From the NCBI RefSeq assembly GCF_009914755.1, contig NC_060928.1: a stretch of DNA of 64,000 nucleotides, one strand, 5' to 3'. Position numbers and translations under genes: made by a program. Origin of the DNA: the human T2T-CHM13v2.0 reference genome, Homo sapiens. The notes beneath the pieces were generated by a model, which searched no databases, was not told where the DNA came from, and saw only the letters and a program-made list of their open reading frames with translations. This document shows positions 41,701 through 56,700 of the stretch, in pieces (within the stretch, counting starts at the first letter, position 1; each line of letters opens with the position of its first letter).

Positions 41701-44700
41701 TAGTATCTGGAAGTGGGCATTTCAAGCGCTTTCAGGCCTATGGAGAGAAAGGAAATACCTTCAAATAAAAACTAGACAGAAGCATTCTCAGAAACTTATT
41801 TGTGATGTGTGTCCTCAACTAACAGAGTTGAACCTTTGTTTTGATACAGCATTTTGGAAACACTCCTTTTGTAGAATCTGCAGGTGGATATTTGGATAAC
41901 TTTGAAGATTTCGTTGGAAACCGGAATATCTTCATATAAAATCAAGACAGAAGCATTCTCGGAAACATCTCTGTGATGTTTGCATTCAACTCAGTAGAGT
42001 TGAACACTTCCTTTCATAGAGCCGGTTTGAAACACTCTTTCTGCACTACCTGGAAGCGGACATTTCGAGCGCTTTGAGGCCTATGGTGAAAAAGGAAATA
42101 TCTTCTCATAAAAACCAGAAAGAAGCATTCTCAGAAACTTCTTTGTGTTGTGTGTACTCAAGTAACAGTGTTGAACCTTCCTTTTGACACAGCAGTTTTG
42201 AAACACTCTTTTGGTAGAATCTGCAAGTGGATATTTGGATAGCTTTGAGGATTTCGTTGGAAACGGGTTATCTTCATATAAAATCCAGACAGGAGCATTC
42301 TCAGAAACTTCTTTGTGCTGCATGTCCTCAATTCACAGAGCTGAACCTTTGTTTGGATACAGCATTTTGGAAACATTCCTTTAGTAGAATCTGCAAGTTG
42401 ATATTTAGATAGCTTTGAAGATTTCGTTGGAAACGGGAATATCTTCATAGAACATCTAGACGGAAGCATTCTCAGAAACTGCTTTGTGATGTTTGCATTC
42501 AAGTCACAGAGTTGAATATTCCCTTTTATAGAGTAGGTTTGAAACACTCTTTCGGCACTACCTGGAAGTGGATATTTCGAGCTCTTTGAGGCCTATGGTT
42601 AAAAGGAAATATCTTCCCATAAAAACTAGACAGAAGCCGTCTCAGAAACTTGTTTGTGATGTGTGTATTCAACTAACAGAGTTGAACATTTCTGTTACAG
42701 AGCAATTTTAAAACACTCTTTTTGTGGAATCTGAAAGTGGATAATTGGATAGCTTTGTGGATTTCGTTGGAAACGGGATGACGTATAAAATCTAGAGAGA
42801 AGCATTCTCAGGAACTTCTTTGTGATGTTTGCATTCAAGTCACAGAATTGAACATTCCCTTTCATAGAGCAGGTTTGAAACACTCTTTCTCTAGTATCTG
42901 GAAGTGGGCATTTCAAGCGCTTTCAGGCCTATGGAGAGAAAGGAAATACCTTCAAATAAAAACTAGACAGAAGCATTCTCAGAAACTTATTTGTGATGTG
43001 TGTCCTCAACTAACAGAGTTGAACCTTTGTTTTGATACAGCATTTTGGAAACACTCCTTTTGTAGGATCTGCAGGTGGATATTTGGATAGATTTTAAGAT
43101 TTCGTTGGAAACGGGAGTTTCTTCATAGAAACTCAAGACAGATGCATTCTCAGAAACATCTCTGTGATGTTTGCATTCCACTCATAGATTTGAAAACTTC
43201 CTTTCATAGAGCAGGTTTGAAACACTCTTTTTGTAATATTTGGAAGTGGACATTTGCAGCGCTTTGAGGCCTATGGTGAAAAAGGAAATATCTTCTCATA
43301 AAAACCAGAAACAAGCATTCTCAGAAACTTCTTTTTGATGTGTGTACTCAAGTAACAGAGTTGAACCTTCCTTTTGACACAGCAGTTTTGAAACAATCTT
43401 TTTGTAGAATCTGCAAGTGGATATTTGGATAGCTTTGAGGATTTCGTTGGAAACGGGATATCTTCATATAAAATCTAGACAGAAGCATTCTCAGAAACTT
43501 CTTTGTGCTGTATGTCCTCAATTAACAGAGTTGAACCATTGCTTGGATACAGCATTTTGGAAACATTCCTTGAGTAGAATCTGCAAGTTGATATTTAGAT
43601 AGATTTGAAGATTTCGTTGGAAAAGGGAATATCTCCATAGAAAATCTAGAGGGAAGCATTCTCAGAAACTGCTTTGTGATGTTTCCATTCAAGTCACAGA
43701 GTTGAATATTCCCTTTTATAGAGCACGTTTGAAACACTCTTTCTGCACTATCTGGAAGTGGACATTTCGAGCGCTTTGAGGCCTATGGTGAAAAAGGAAA
43801 TATCTTCCCATAAAAACTAGACAGAAGCATTCTCAGAAACTTGTTTGTGATGTGTGTATTCAACTAACAGAGTTGAACTTTTGTTTTTACAGAGCCGTTT
43901 TAAAACACTCTTTTTGTGGAATCAGAAAGTGGATATTCGGATGGCTCTGAGGATTTCGTTGGAAGCGGGATTACATATAAAATCTAGAGAGAAGCATTCT
44001 CAGGAACTTCTTTGTGATGTTTGCATTGAAGTCACAGAATTGAACATTCACTTTGATAGAGCAGGTTTGAAACACTCATTCTGTAGTATCTGGAAGTGGA
44101 CATTTCAAGCGCTTTCAGGCCTATGGTGAGAAAGGAAATATCTTCGAATAAAAACTAGACAGAAGCATCCTCAGAAACTTATTTGTGATGTGTGTCCTCA
44201 ACTAACAGAGTTGAAACTTTGTTTTGATACAGCATTTTGGAAACACTCTTTTTGTAGAATCTGCAGGTGGATATTTGGATAGCTTAGAGGGATTCGTTGG
44301 AAAGGGGATATCTTCATATAAAATCTAGACAGAAGCATTCTCAGAAACTTATTTGTGATGTGTGTCCTCAACTAACAGAGTTGAACCTTGGTTTTGATAC
44401 AGCATTTTGGAAACACTCCTTTTGTAGAATCTGCAGGTGGATATGTGGATAGCTCTGAAGATTTCGTTGGAAACGGGAATTTCTTCATATAAAATCAAAC
44501 AGAAGCATTCTCAGAAACTTCTCAGTGATGTTTGCATTCAGCTCATGGAGTTGAACACTTCCTTTCATAGAGCCGGTTTGAAACACTCTTTCTGCACTAC
44601 CTGGAAGAGGACATTTCGAGCGCTTTGAGTCCTATGGTGAAAAAGGAAATATCTTCTCATAAAAACCAGAAAGAAGCATTCTCAGAAACTTCTTTGTGTT

Positions 44701-47700
44701 GTGTGTACTCATGTAACAGTGTTGAACCATCCTTTTGACAGAGCAGTTTTGAAACACTCTTTTTGTAGAATCTGCAAGTGGATATTTGGATAGCTTTGAG
44801 GATTTCGTTGGAAACGGGATGACATATAATCTCTAGAGAGAAGCATACTCAGGAACTTCTTTGTGATGTTTGCATTCAAGTCACAGAATTGAACATTCCC
44901 TTTCATAGAGCAGGTTTGAAACACTCTTTCTCTAGTATCTGGAAGTGGGCATTTCAAGCGCTTTCAGGCCTATGGAGAGAAAGGAAATACCTTCAAATAA
45001 AAACTAGACAGAAGCATTCTCAGAAACTTATTTGTGATGTGTGTCCTCAACTAACAGAGTTGAACCTTTGTTTTGATACAGCATTTTGGAAACACTCCTT
45101 TTGTAGAATCTGCAGGTGGATATTTGGATAACTTTGAAGATTTCGTTGGAAACCGGAATATCTTCATATAAAATCAAGACAGAAGCATTCTCGGAAACAT
45201 CTCTGTGATGTTTGCATTCAACTCAGTAGAGTTGAACACTTCCTTTCATAGAGCCGGTTTGAAACACTCTTTCTGCACTACCTGGAAGCGGACATTTCGA
45301 GCGCTTTGAGGCCTATGGTGAAAAAGGAAATATCTTCTCATAAAAACCAGAAAGAAGCATTCTCAGAAACTTCTTTGTGTTGTGTGTACTCAAGTAACAG
45401 TGTTGAACCTTCCTTTTGACACAGCAGTTTTGAAACACTCTTTTGGTAGAATCTGCAAGTGGATATTTGGATAGCTTTGAGGATTTCGTTGGAAACGGGT
45501 TATCTTCATATAAAATCCAGACAGGAGCATTCTCAGAAACTTCTTTGTGCTGCATGTCCTCAATTCACAGAGCTGAACCTTTGTTTGGATACAGCATTTT
45601 GGAAACATTCCTTTAGTAGAATCTGCAAGTTGATATTTAGATAGCTTTGAAGATTTCGTTGGAAACGGGAATATCTTCATAGAAAATCTAGACGGAAGCA
45701 TTCTCAGAAACTGCTTTGTGATGTTTGCATTCAAGTCACAGAGTTGAATATTCCCTTTTATAGAGTAGGTTTGAAACACTCTTTCGGCACTACCTGGAAG
45801 TGGATATTTCGAGCTCTTTGAGGCCTATGGTTAAAAGGAAATATCTTCCCATAAAAACTAGACAGAAGCCGTCTCAGAAACTTGTTTGTGATGTGTGTAT
45901 TCAACTAACAGAGTTGAACATTTCTGTTACAGAGCAATTTTAAAACACTCTTTTTGTGGAATCTGAAAGTGGATAATTGGATAGCTTTGTGGATTTCGTT
46001 GGAAACGGGATGACGTATAAAATCTAGAGAGAAGCATTCTCAGGAACTTCTTTCTGATGTTTGCATTCAAGTCACAGAATTGAACATTCCTTTTCATAGT
46101 GCAGGTTTGAAACACTCTTTCTGTAGTATCTGGAAGTGGACATTTCAAGCGCTTTCAGGCCTACGGGGAGAAAGGAAATATCTTCAAATAAAAACTAGAC
46201 AGAAGGATTCTCAGAAACTTATTTGTGATGTGTGTCCTAAACGAACACAGTTGAACCTTTGTTTTGATACAGCATTTTGGAAACACTCCTTTTGTAGGAT
46301 CTGCAGGTGGATATTTGGATAGATTTTAAGATTTCGTTGGAAACGGGAGTTTCTTCATAGAAACTCAAGACAGATGCATTCTCAGAAACATCTCTGTGAT
46401 GTTTGCATTCCACTCATAGAGTTGAAAACTTCCTTTCATAGAGCAGGTTTGAAACACTCTTTTTGTAATATTTGGAAGTGGACATTTGCAGCACTTTGAG
46501 GCCTATGGTGAAAAAGGAAATATCTTCTCATAAAAACCAGAAACAAGCATTCTCAGAAACTTCTTTTTGATGTGTGTACTCAAGTAACAGAGTTGAACCT
46601 TCCTTTTGACACAGCAGTTTTGAAACAATCTTTTTGTAGAATCTGCAAGTGGATATTTGGATAGCTTTGAGGATTTCGTTGGAAACGGGATATCTTCATA
46701 TAAAATCTAGACAGAAGCATTCTCAGAAACTTCTTTGTGCTGTATGCCCTCAATTAACAGAGTTGAACCATTGCTTGGATACAGCATTTTGGAAACATTC
46801 CTTGAGTAGATTCTGCAAGTTGATATTTAGATAGATTTGAAGATTTCATTGGAAAAGGGAATATCTCCATATAAAATCTAGAGGGAAGCATTCTCAGAAA
46901 CTGCTTTGTGATGTTTCCATTCAAGTCACAGAGTTGAATATTCCCTTTTATAGAGCACGTTTGAAACACTCTTTCTGCACTATCTGGAAGTGGACATTTC
47001 GAGCGCTTTGAGGCCTATGGTGAAAAAGGAAATATCTTCCCATAAAAACTAGACAGAAGCATTCTCAGAAACTTGTTTGTGATGTGTGTATTCAACTAAC
47101 AGAGTTGAACTTTTGTTTTTACAGAGCCGTTTTAAAACACTCTTTTTGTGGAATCAGAAAGTGGATATTCGGATGGCTCTGAGGATTTCGTTGGAAGCGG
47201 GATTACGTATAAAATCTAGAGAGAAGCATTCTCAGGAACATCTTTGTGATGTTTGCATTGAAGTCACAGAATTGAACATTCACTTTGATAGAGCAGGTTT
47301 GAAACACTCATTCTGTAGTATCTGGAAGTGGACATTTCAAGCGCTTTCAGGCCTATGGTGAGAAAGGAAATATCTTCGAATAAAAACTAGACAGAAGCAT
47401 CCTCAGAAACTTATTTGTGATGTGTGTCCTCAACTAACAGAGTTGAAACTTTGTTTTGATACAGCATTTTGGAAACACTCTTTTTGTAGAATCTGCAGGT
47501 GGATATTTGGATAGCTTAGAGGGATTCGTTGGAAAGGGGATATCTTCATATAAAATCTAGACAGAAGCATTCTCAGAAACTTATTTGTGATGTGTGTCCT
47601 CAACTAACAGAGTTGAACCTTGGTTTTGATACAGCATTTTGGAAACGCTCCTTTTGTGGAATCTGCAGGTGGATATGTGGATAGCTCTGAAGATTTCGTT

Positions 47701-50700
47701 GGAAACGGGAATTTCTTCATATAAAATCAAACAGAAGCATTCTCAGAAACTTCTCAGTGATGTTTGCATTCAGCTCATGGAGTTGAACACTTCCTTTCAT
47801 AGAACCGGTTTGAAACACTCTTTCTGCACTACCTGGAAGAGGACATTTCGAGCGCTTTGAGTCCTATGGTGAAAAAGGAAATATCTTCTCATAAAAACCA
47901 GAAAGAAGCATTCTCAGAAACTTCTTTGTGTTGTGTGTACTCATGTAACAGTGTTGAACCATCCTTTTGACAGAGCAGTTTTGAAACACTCTTTTTGTAG
48001 AATCTGCAAGTGGATATTTGGATAGCTTTGAGGATTTCGTTGGAAACGGGATGACATATAATATCTAGAGAGAAGCATTCTCAGGAACTTCTTTGTGATG
48101 TTTGCATTCAAGTCACAGAATTGAACATTCCCTTTCATAGAGCAGGTTTGAAACACTCTTTCTCTAGTATCTGGAAGTGGGCATTTCAAGCGCTTTCAGG
48201 CCTATGGAGAGAAAGGAAATACCTTCAAATGAAAACTAGACAGAAGCATTCTCAGAAACTTATTTGTGATGTGTGTCCTCAACTAACAGAGTTGAACCTT
48301 TGTTTTGATACAGCATTTTGGAAACACTCCTTTTGTAGAATCTGCAGGTGGATATTTGGATAACTTTGAAGATTTCGTTGGAAACCGGAATATCTTCATA
48401 TAAAATCAAGACAGAAGCATTCTCGGAAACATCTCTGTGATGTTTGCATTCAACTCAGTAGAGTTGAACACTTCCTTTCATAGAGCCGGTTTGAAACACT
48501 CTTTCTGCACTACCTGGAAGCGGACATTTCGAGCGCTTTGAGGCCTATGGTGAAAAAGGAAATATCTTCTCATAAAAACCAGAAAGAAGCATTCTCAGAA
48601 ACTTCTTTGTGTTGTGTGTACTCAAGTAACAGTGTTGAACCTTCCTTTTGACACAGCAGTTTTGAAACACTCTTTTGGTAGAATCTGCAAGTGGATATTT
48701 GGATAGCTTTGAGGATTTCGTTGGAAACGGGTTATCTTCATATAAAATCCAGACAGGAGCATTCTCAGAAACTTCTTTGTGCTGCATGTCCTCAATTCAC
48801 AGAGCTGAACCTTTGTTTGGATACAGCATTTTGGAAACATTCCTTTAGTAGAATCTGCAAGTTGATATTTAGATAGCTTTGAAGATTTCGTTGGAAACGG
48901 GAATATCTTCATAGAACATCTAGACGGAAGCATTCTCAGAAACTGCTTTGTGATGTTTGCATTCAAGTCACAGAGTTGAATATTCCCTTTTATAGAGTAG
49001 GTTTGAAACACTCTTTCGGCACTACCTGGAAGTGGATATTTCGAGCTCTTTGAGGCCTATGGTTAAAAGGAAATATCTTCCCATAAAAACTAGACAGAAG
49101 CCGTCTCAGAAACTTGTTTGTGATGTGTGTATTCAACTAACAGAGTTGAACATTTCTGTTACAGAGCAATTTTAAAACACTCTTTTTGTGGAATCTGAAA
49201 GTGGATAATTGGATAGCTTTGTGGATTTCGTTGGAAACGGGATGACGTATAAAATCTAGAGAGAAGCATTCTCAGGAACTTCTTTCTGATGTTTGCATTC
49301 AAGTCACAGAATTGAACATTCCTTTTCATAGTGCAGGTTTGAAACACTCTTTCTGTAGTATCTGGAAGTGGACATTTCAAGCGCTTTCAGGCCTACGGGG
49401 AGAAAGGAAATATCTTCAAATAAAAACTAGACAGAAGGATTCTCAGAAACTTATTTGTGATGTGTGTCCTAAACGAACACAGTTGAACCTTTGTTTTGAT
49501 ACAGCATTTTGGAAACACTCCTTTTGTAGGATCTGCAGGTGGATATTTGGATAGATTTTAAGATTTCGTTGGAAACGGGAGTTTCTTCATAGAAACTCAA
49601 GACAGATGCATTCTCAGAAACATCTCTGTGATGTTTGCATTCCACTCATAGAGTTGAAAACTTCCTTTCATAGAGCAGGTTTGAAACACTCTTTTTGTAA
49701 TATTTGGAAGTGGACATTTGCAGCGCTTTGAGGCCTATGGTGAAAAAGGAAATATCTTCTCATAAAAACCAGAAACAAGCATTCTCAGAAACTTCTTTTT
49801 GATGTGTGTACTCAAGTAACAGAGTTGAACCTTCCTTTTGACACAGCAGTTTTGAAACAATCTTTTTGTAGAATCTGCAAGTGGATATTTGGATAGCTTT
49901 GAGGATTTCGTTGGAAACGGGATATCTTCATATAAAATCTAGACAGAAGCATTCTCAGAAACTTCTTTGTGCTGTATGTCCTCAATTAACAGAGTTGAAC
50001 CATTGCTTGGATACAGCATTTTGGAAACATTCCTTGAGTAGAATCTGCAAGTTGATATTTAGATAGATTTGAAGATTTCATTGGAAAAGGGAATATCTCC
50101 ATATAAAATCTAGAGGGAAGCATTCTCAGAAACTGCTTTGTGATGTTTCCATTCAAGTCACAGAGTTGAATATTCCCTTTTATAGAGCACGTTTGAAACA
50201 CTCTTTCTGCACTATCTGGAAGTGGACATTTCGAGCGCTTTGAGGCCTATGGTGAAAAAGGAAATATCTTCCCATAAAAACTAGACAGAAGCATTCTCAG
50301 AAACTTGTTTGTGATGTGTGTATTCAACTAACAGAGTTGAACTTTTGTTTTTACAGAGCCGTTTTAAAACACTCTTTTTGTGGAATCAGAAAGTGGATAT
50401 TCGGATGGCTCTGAGGATTTCGTTGGAAGCGGGATTACATATAAAATCTAGAGAGAAGCATTCTCAGGAACTTCTTTGTGATGTTTGCATTGAAGTCACA
50501 GAATTGAACATTCACTTTGATAGAGCAGGTTTGAAACACTCATTCTGTAGTATCTGGAAGTGGACATTTCAAGCGCTTTCAGGCCTATGGTGAGAAAGGA
50601 AATATCTTCGAATAAAAACTAGACAGAAGCATCCTCAGAAACTTATTTGTGATGTGTGTCCTCAACTAACAGAGTTGAAACTTTGTTTTGATACAGCATT

Positions 50701-53700
50701 TTGGAAACACTCTTTTTGTAGAATCTGCAGGTGGATATTTGGATAGCTTAGAGGGATTCGTTGGAAAGGGGATATCTTCATATAAAATCTAGACAGAAGC
50801 ATTCTCAGAAACTTATTTGTGATGTGTGTCCTCAACTAACAGAGTTGAACCTTGGTTTTGATACAGCATTTTGGAAACACTCCTTTTGTAGAATCTGCAG
50901 GTGGATATGTGGATAGCTCTGAAGATTTCGTTGGAAACGGGAATTTCTTCATATAAAATCAAACAGAAGCATTCTCAGAAACTTCTCAGTGATGTTTGCA
51001 TTCAGCTCATGGAGTTGAACACTTCCTTTCATAGAGCAGGTTTGAAACACTCTTTCTGCACTACCTGGAAGAGGACATTTCGAGCGCTTTGAGTCCTATG
51101 GTGAAAAAGGAAATATCTTCTCATAAAAACCAGAAAGAAGCATTCTCAGAAACTTCTTTGTGTTGTGTGTACTCATGTAACAGTGTTGAACCATCCTTTT
51201 GACAGAGCAGTTTTGAAACACTCTTTTTGTAGAATCTGCAAGTGGATATTTGGATAGCTTTGAGGATTTCGTTGGAAACGGGATGACATATAATATCTAG
51301 AGAGAAGCATACTCAGGAACTTCTTTGTGATGTTTGCATTCAAGTCACAGAATTGAACATTCCCTTTCATAGAGCAGGTTTGAAACACTCTTTCTCTAGT
51401 ATCTGGAAGTGGGCATTTCAAGCGCTTTCAGGCCTATGGAGAGAAAGGAAATACCTTCAAATAAAAACTAGACAGAAGCATTCTCAGAAACTTATTTGTG
51501 ATGTGTGTCCTCAACTAACAGAGTTGAACCTTTGTTTTGATACAGCATTTTGGAAACACTCCTTTTGTAGAATCTGCAGGTGGATATTTGGATAACTTTG
51601 AAGATTTCGTTGGAAACCGGAATATCTTCATATAAAATCAAGACAGAAGCATTCTCGGAAACATCTCTGTGATGTTTGCATTCAACTCAGTAGAGTTGAA
51701 CACTTCCTTTCATAGAGCAGGTTTGAAACACTCTTTCTGCACTACCTGGAAGCGGACATTTCGAGCGCTTTGAGGCCTATGGTGAAAAAGGAAATATCTT
51801 CTCATAAAAACCAGAAAGAAGCATTCTCAGAAACTTCTTTGTGTTGTGTGTACTCAAGTAACAGTGTTGAACCTTCCTTTTGACACAGCAGTTTTGAAAC
51901 ACTCTTTTGGTAGAATCTGCAAGTGGATATTTGGATAGCTTTGAGGATTTCGTTGGAAACGGGTTATCTTCATATAAAATCCAGACAGGAGCATTCTCAG
52001 AAACTTCTTTGTGCTGCATGTCCTCAATTCACAGAGCTGAACCTTTGTTTGGATACAGCATTTTGGAAACATTCCTTTAGTAGAATCTGCAAGTTGATAT
52101 TTAGATAGCTTTGAAGATTTCGTTGGAAACGGGAATATCTTCATAGAACATCTAGACGGAAGCATTCTCAGAAACTGCTTTGTGATGTTTGCATTCAAGT
52201 CACAGAGTTGAATATTCCCTTTTATAGAGTAGGTTTGAAACACTCTTTTGGCACTACCTGGAAGTGGATATTTCGAGCTCTTTGAGGCCTATGGTTAAAA
52301 GGAAATATCTTCCCATAAAAACTAGACAGAAGCCGTCTCAGAAACTTGTTTGTGATGTGTGTATTCAACTAACAGAGTTGAACATTTCTGTTACAGAGCA
52401 ATTTTAAAACACTCTTTTTGTGGAATCTGAAAGTGGATAATTGGATAGCTTTGTGGATTTCGTTGGAAACGGGATGACGTATAAAATCTAGAGAGAAGCA
52501 TTCTCAGGAACTTCTTTGTGATGTTTGCATTCAAGTCACAGAATTGAACATTCCCTTTCATAGAGCAGGTTTGAAACACTCTTTCTCTAGTATCTGGAAG
52601 TGGGCATTTCAAGCGCTTTCAGGCCTATGGAGAGAAAGGAAATACCTTCAAATAAAAACTAGACAGAAGCATTCTCAGAAACTTATTTGTGATGTGTGTC
52701 CTCAACTAACAGAGTTGAACCTTTGTTTTGATACAGCATTTTGGAAACACTCCTTTTGTAGGATCTGCAGGTGGATATTTGGATAGATTTTAAGATTTCG
52801 TTGGAAACGGGAGTTTCTTCATAGAAACTCAAGACAGATGCATTCTCAGAAACATCTCTGTGATGTTTGCATTCCACTCATAGATTTGAAAACTTCCTTT
52901 CATAGAGCAGGTTTGAAACACTCTTTTTGTAATATTTGGAAGTGGACATTTGCAGCGCTTTGAGGCCTATGGTGAAAAAGGAAATATCTTCTCATAAAAA
53001 CCAGAAACAAGCATTCTCAGAAACTTCTTTTTGATGTGTGTACTCAAGTAACAGAGTTGAACCTTCCTTTTGACACAGCAGTTTTGAAACAATCTTTTTG
53101 TAGAATCTGCAAGTGGATATTTGGATAGCTTTGAGGATTTCGTTGGAAACGGGATATCTTCATATAAAATCTAGACAGAAGCATTCTCAGAAACTTCTTT
53201 GTGCTGTATGTCCTCAATTAACAGAGTTGAACCATTGCTTGGATACAGCATTTTGGAAACATTCCTTGAGTAGAATCTGCAAGTTGATATTTAGATAGAT
53301 TTGAAGATTTCGTTGGAAAAGGGAATATCTCCATAGAAAATCTAGAGGGAAGCATTCTCAGAAACTGCTTTGTGATGTTTCCATTCAAGTCACAGAGTTG
53401 AATATTCCCTTTTATAGAGCACGTTTGAAACACTCTTTCTGCACTATCTGGAAGTGGACATTTCGAGCGCTTTGAGGCCTATGGTGAAAAAGGAAATATC
53501 TTCCCATAAAAACTAGACAGAAGCATTCTCAGAAACTTGTTTGTGATGTGTGTATTCAACTAACAGAGTTGAACTTTTGTTTTTACAGAGCCGTTTTAAA
53601 ACACTCTTTTTGTGGAATCAGAAAGTGGATATTCGGATGGCTCTGAGGATTTCGTTGGAAGCGGGATTACATATAAAATCTAGAGAGAAGCATTCTCAGG

Positions 53701-56700
53701 AACTTCTTTGTGATGTTTGCATTGAAGTCACAGAATTGAACATTCACTTTGATAGAGCAGGTTTGAAACACTCATTCTGTAGTATCTGGAAGTGGACATT
53801 TCAAGCGCTTTCAGGCCTATGGTGAGAAAGGAAATATCTTCGAATAAAAACTAGACAGAAGCATCCTCAGAAACTTATTTGTGATGTGTGTCCTCAACTA
53901 ACAGAGTTGAAACTTTGTTTTGATACAGCATTTTGGAAACACTCTTTTTGTAGAATCTGCAGGTGGATATTTGGATAGCTTAGAGGGATTCGTTGGAAAG
54001 GGGATATCTTCATATAAAATCTAGACAGAAGCATTCTCAGAAACTTATTTGTGATGTGTGTCCTCAACTAACAGAGTTGAACCTTGGTTTTGATACAGCA
54101 TTTTGGAAACACTCCTTTTGTAGAATCTGCAGGTGGATATGTGGATAGCTCTGAAGATTTCGTTGGAAACGGGAATTTCTTCATATAAAATCAAACAGAA
54201 GCATTCTCAGAAACTTCTCAGTGATGTTTGCATTCAGCTCATGGAGTTGAACACTTCCTTTCATAGAGCCGGTTTGAAACACTCTTTCTGCACTACCTGG
54301 AAGAGGACATTTCGAGCGCTTTGAGTCCTATGGTGAAAAAGGAAATATCTTCTCATAAAAACCAGAAAGAAGCATTCTCAGAAACTTCTTTGTGTTGTGT
54401 GTACTCATGTAACAGTGTTGAACCATCCTTTTGACAGAGCAGTTTTGAAACACTCTTTTTGTAGAATCTGCAAGTGGATATTTGGATAGCTTTGAGGATT
54501 TCGTTGGAAACGGGATGACATATAATCTCTAGAGAGAAGCATACTCAGGAACTTCTTTGTGATGTTTGCATTCAAGTCACAGAATTGAACATTCCCTTTC
54601 ATAGAGCAGGTTTGAAACACTCTTTCTCTAGTATCTGGAAGTGGGCATTTCAAGCGCTTTCAGGCCTATGGAGAGAAAGGAAATACCTTCAAATAAAAAC
54701 TAGACAGAAGCATTCTCAGAAACTTATTTGTGATGTGTGTCCTCAACTAACAGAGTTGAACCTTTGTTTTGATACAGCATTTTGGAAACACTCCTTTTGT
54801 AGAATCTGCAGGTGGATATTTGGATAACTTTGAAGATTTCGTTGGAAACCGGAATATCTTCATATAAAATCAAGACAGAAGCATTCTCGGAAACATCTCT
54901 GTGATGTTTGCATTCAACTCAGTAGAGTTGAACACTTCCTTTCATAGAGCAGGTTTGAAACACTCTTTCTGCACTACCTGGAAGCGGACATTTCGAGCGC
55001 TTTGAGGCCTATGGTGAAAAAGGAAATATCTTCTCATAAAAACCAGAAAGAAGCATTCTCAGAAACTTCTTTGTGTTGTGTGTACTCAAGTAACAGTGTT
55101 GAACCTTCCTTTTGACACAGCAGTTTTGAAACACTCTTTTGGTAGAATCTGCAAGTGGATATTTGGATAGCTTTGAGGATTTCGTTGGAAACGGGTTATC
55201 TTCATATAAAATCCAGACAGGAGCATTCTCAGAAACTTCTTTGTGCTGCATGTCCTCAATTCACAGAGCTGAACCTTTGTTTGGATACAGCATTTTGGAA
55301 ACATTCCTTTAGTAGAATCTGCAAGTTGATATTTAGATAGCTTTGAAGATTTCGTTGGAAACGGGAATATCTTCATAGAAAATCTAGACGGAAGCATTCT
55401 CAGAAACTGCTTTGTGATGTTTGCATTCAAGTCACAGAGTTGAATATTCCCTTTTATAGAGTAGGTTTGAAACACTCTTTCGGCACTACCTGGAAGTGGA
55501 TATTTCGAGCTCTTTGAGGCCTATGGTTAAAAGGAAATATCTTCCCATAAAAACTAGACAGAAGCCGTCTCAGAAACTTGTTTGTGATGTGTGTATTCAA
55601 CTAACAGAGTTGAACATTTCTGTTACAGAGCAATTTTAAAACACTCTTTTTGTGGAATCTGAAAGTGGATAATTGGATAGCTTTGTGGATTTCGTTGGAA
55701 ACGGGATGACGTATAAAATCTAGAGAGAAGCATTCTCAGGAACTTCTTTCTGATGTTTGCATTCAAGTCACAGAATTGAACATTCCTTTTCATAGTGCAG
55801 GTTTGAAACACTCTTTCTGTAGTATCTGGAAGTGGACATTTCAAGCGCTTTCAGGCCTACGGGGAGAAAGGAAATATCTTCAAATAAAAACTAGACAGAA
55901 GGATTCTCAGAAACTTATTTGTGATGTGTGTCCTAAACGAACACAGTTGAACCTTTGTTTTGATACAGCATTTTGGAAACACTCCTTTTGTAGGATCTGC
56001 AGGTGGATATTTGGATAGATTTTAAGATTTCGTTGGAAACGGGAGTTTCTTCATAGAAACTCAAGACAGATGCATTCTCAGAAACATCTCTGTGATGTTT
56101 GCATTCCACTCATAGAGTTGAAAACTTCCTTTCATAGAGCAGGTTTGAAACACTCTTTTTGTAATATTTGGAACTGGACATTTGCAGCACTTTGAGGCCT
56201 ATGGTGAAAAAGGAAATATCTTCTCATAAAAACCAGAAACAAGCATTCTCAGAAACTTCTTTTTGATGTGTGTACTCAAGTAACAGAGTTGAACCTTCCT
56301 TTTGACACAGCAGTTTTGAAACAATCTTTTTGTAGAATCTGCAAGTGGATATTTGGATAGCTTTGAGGATTTCGTTGGAAACGGGATATCTTCATATAAA
56401 ATCTAGACAGAAGCATTCTCAGAAACTTCTTTGTGCTGTATGCCCTCAATTAACAGAGTTGAACCATTGCTTGGATACAGCATTTTGGAAACATTCCTTG
56501 AGTAGATTCTGCAAGTTGATATTTAGATAGATTTGAAGATTTCATTGGAAAAGGGAATATCTCCATAGAAAATCTAGAGGGAAGCATTCTCAGAAACTGC
56601 TTTGTGATGTTTCCATTCAAGTCACAGAGTTGAATATTCCCTTTTATAGAGCACGTTTGAAACACTCTTTCTGCACTATCTGGAAGTGGACATTTCGAGC

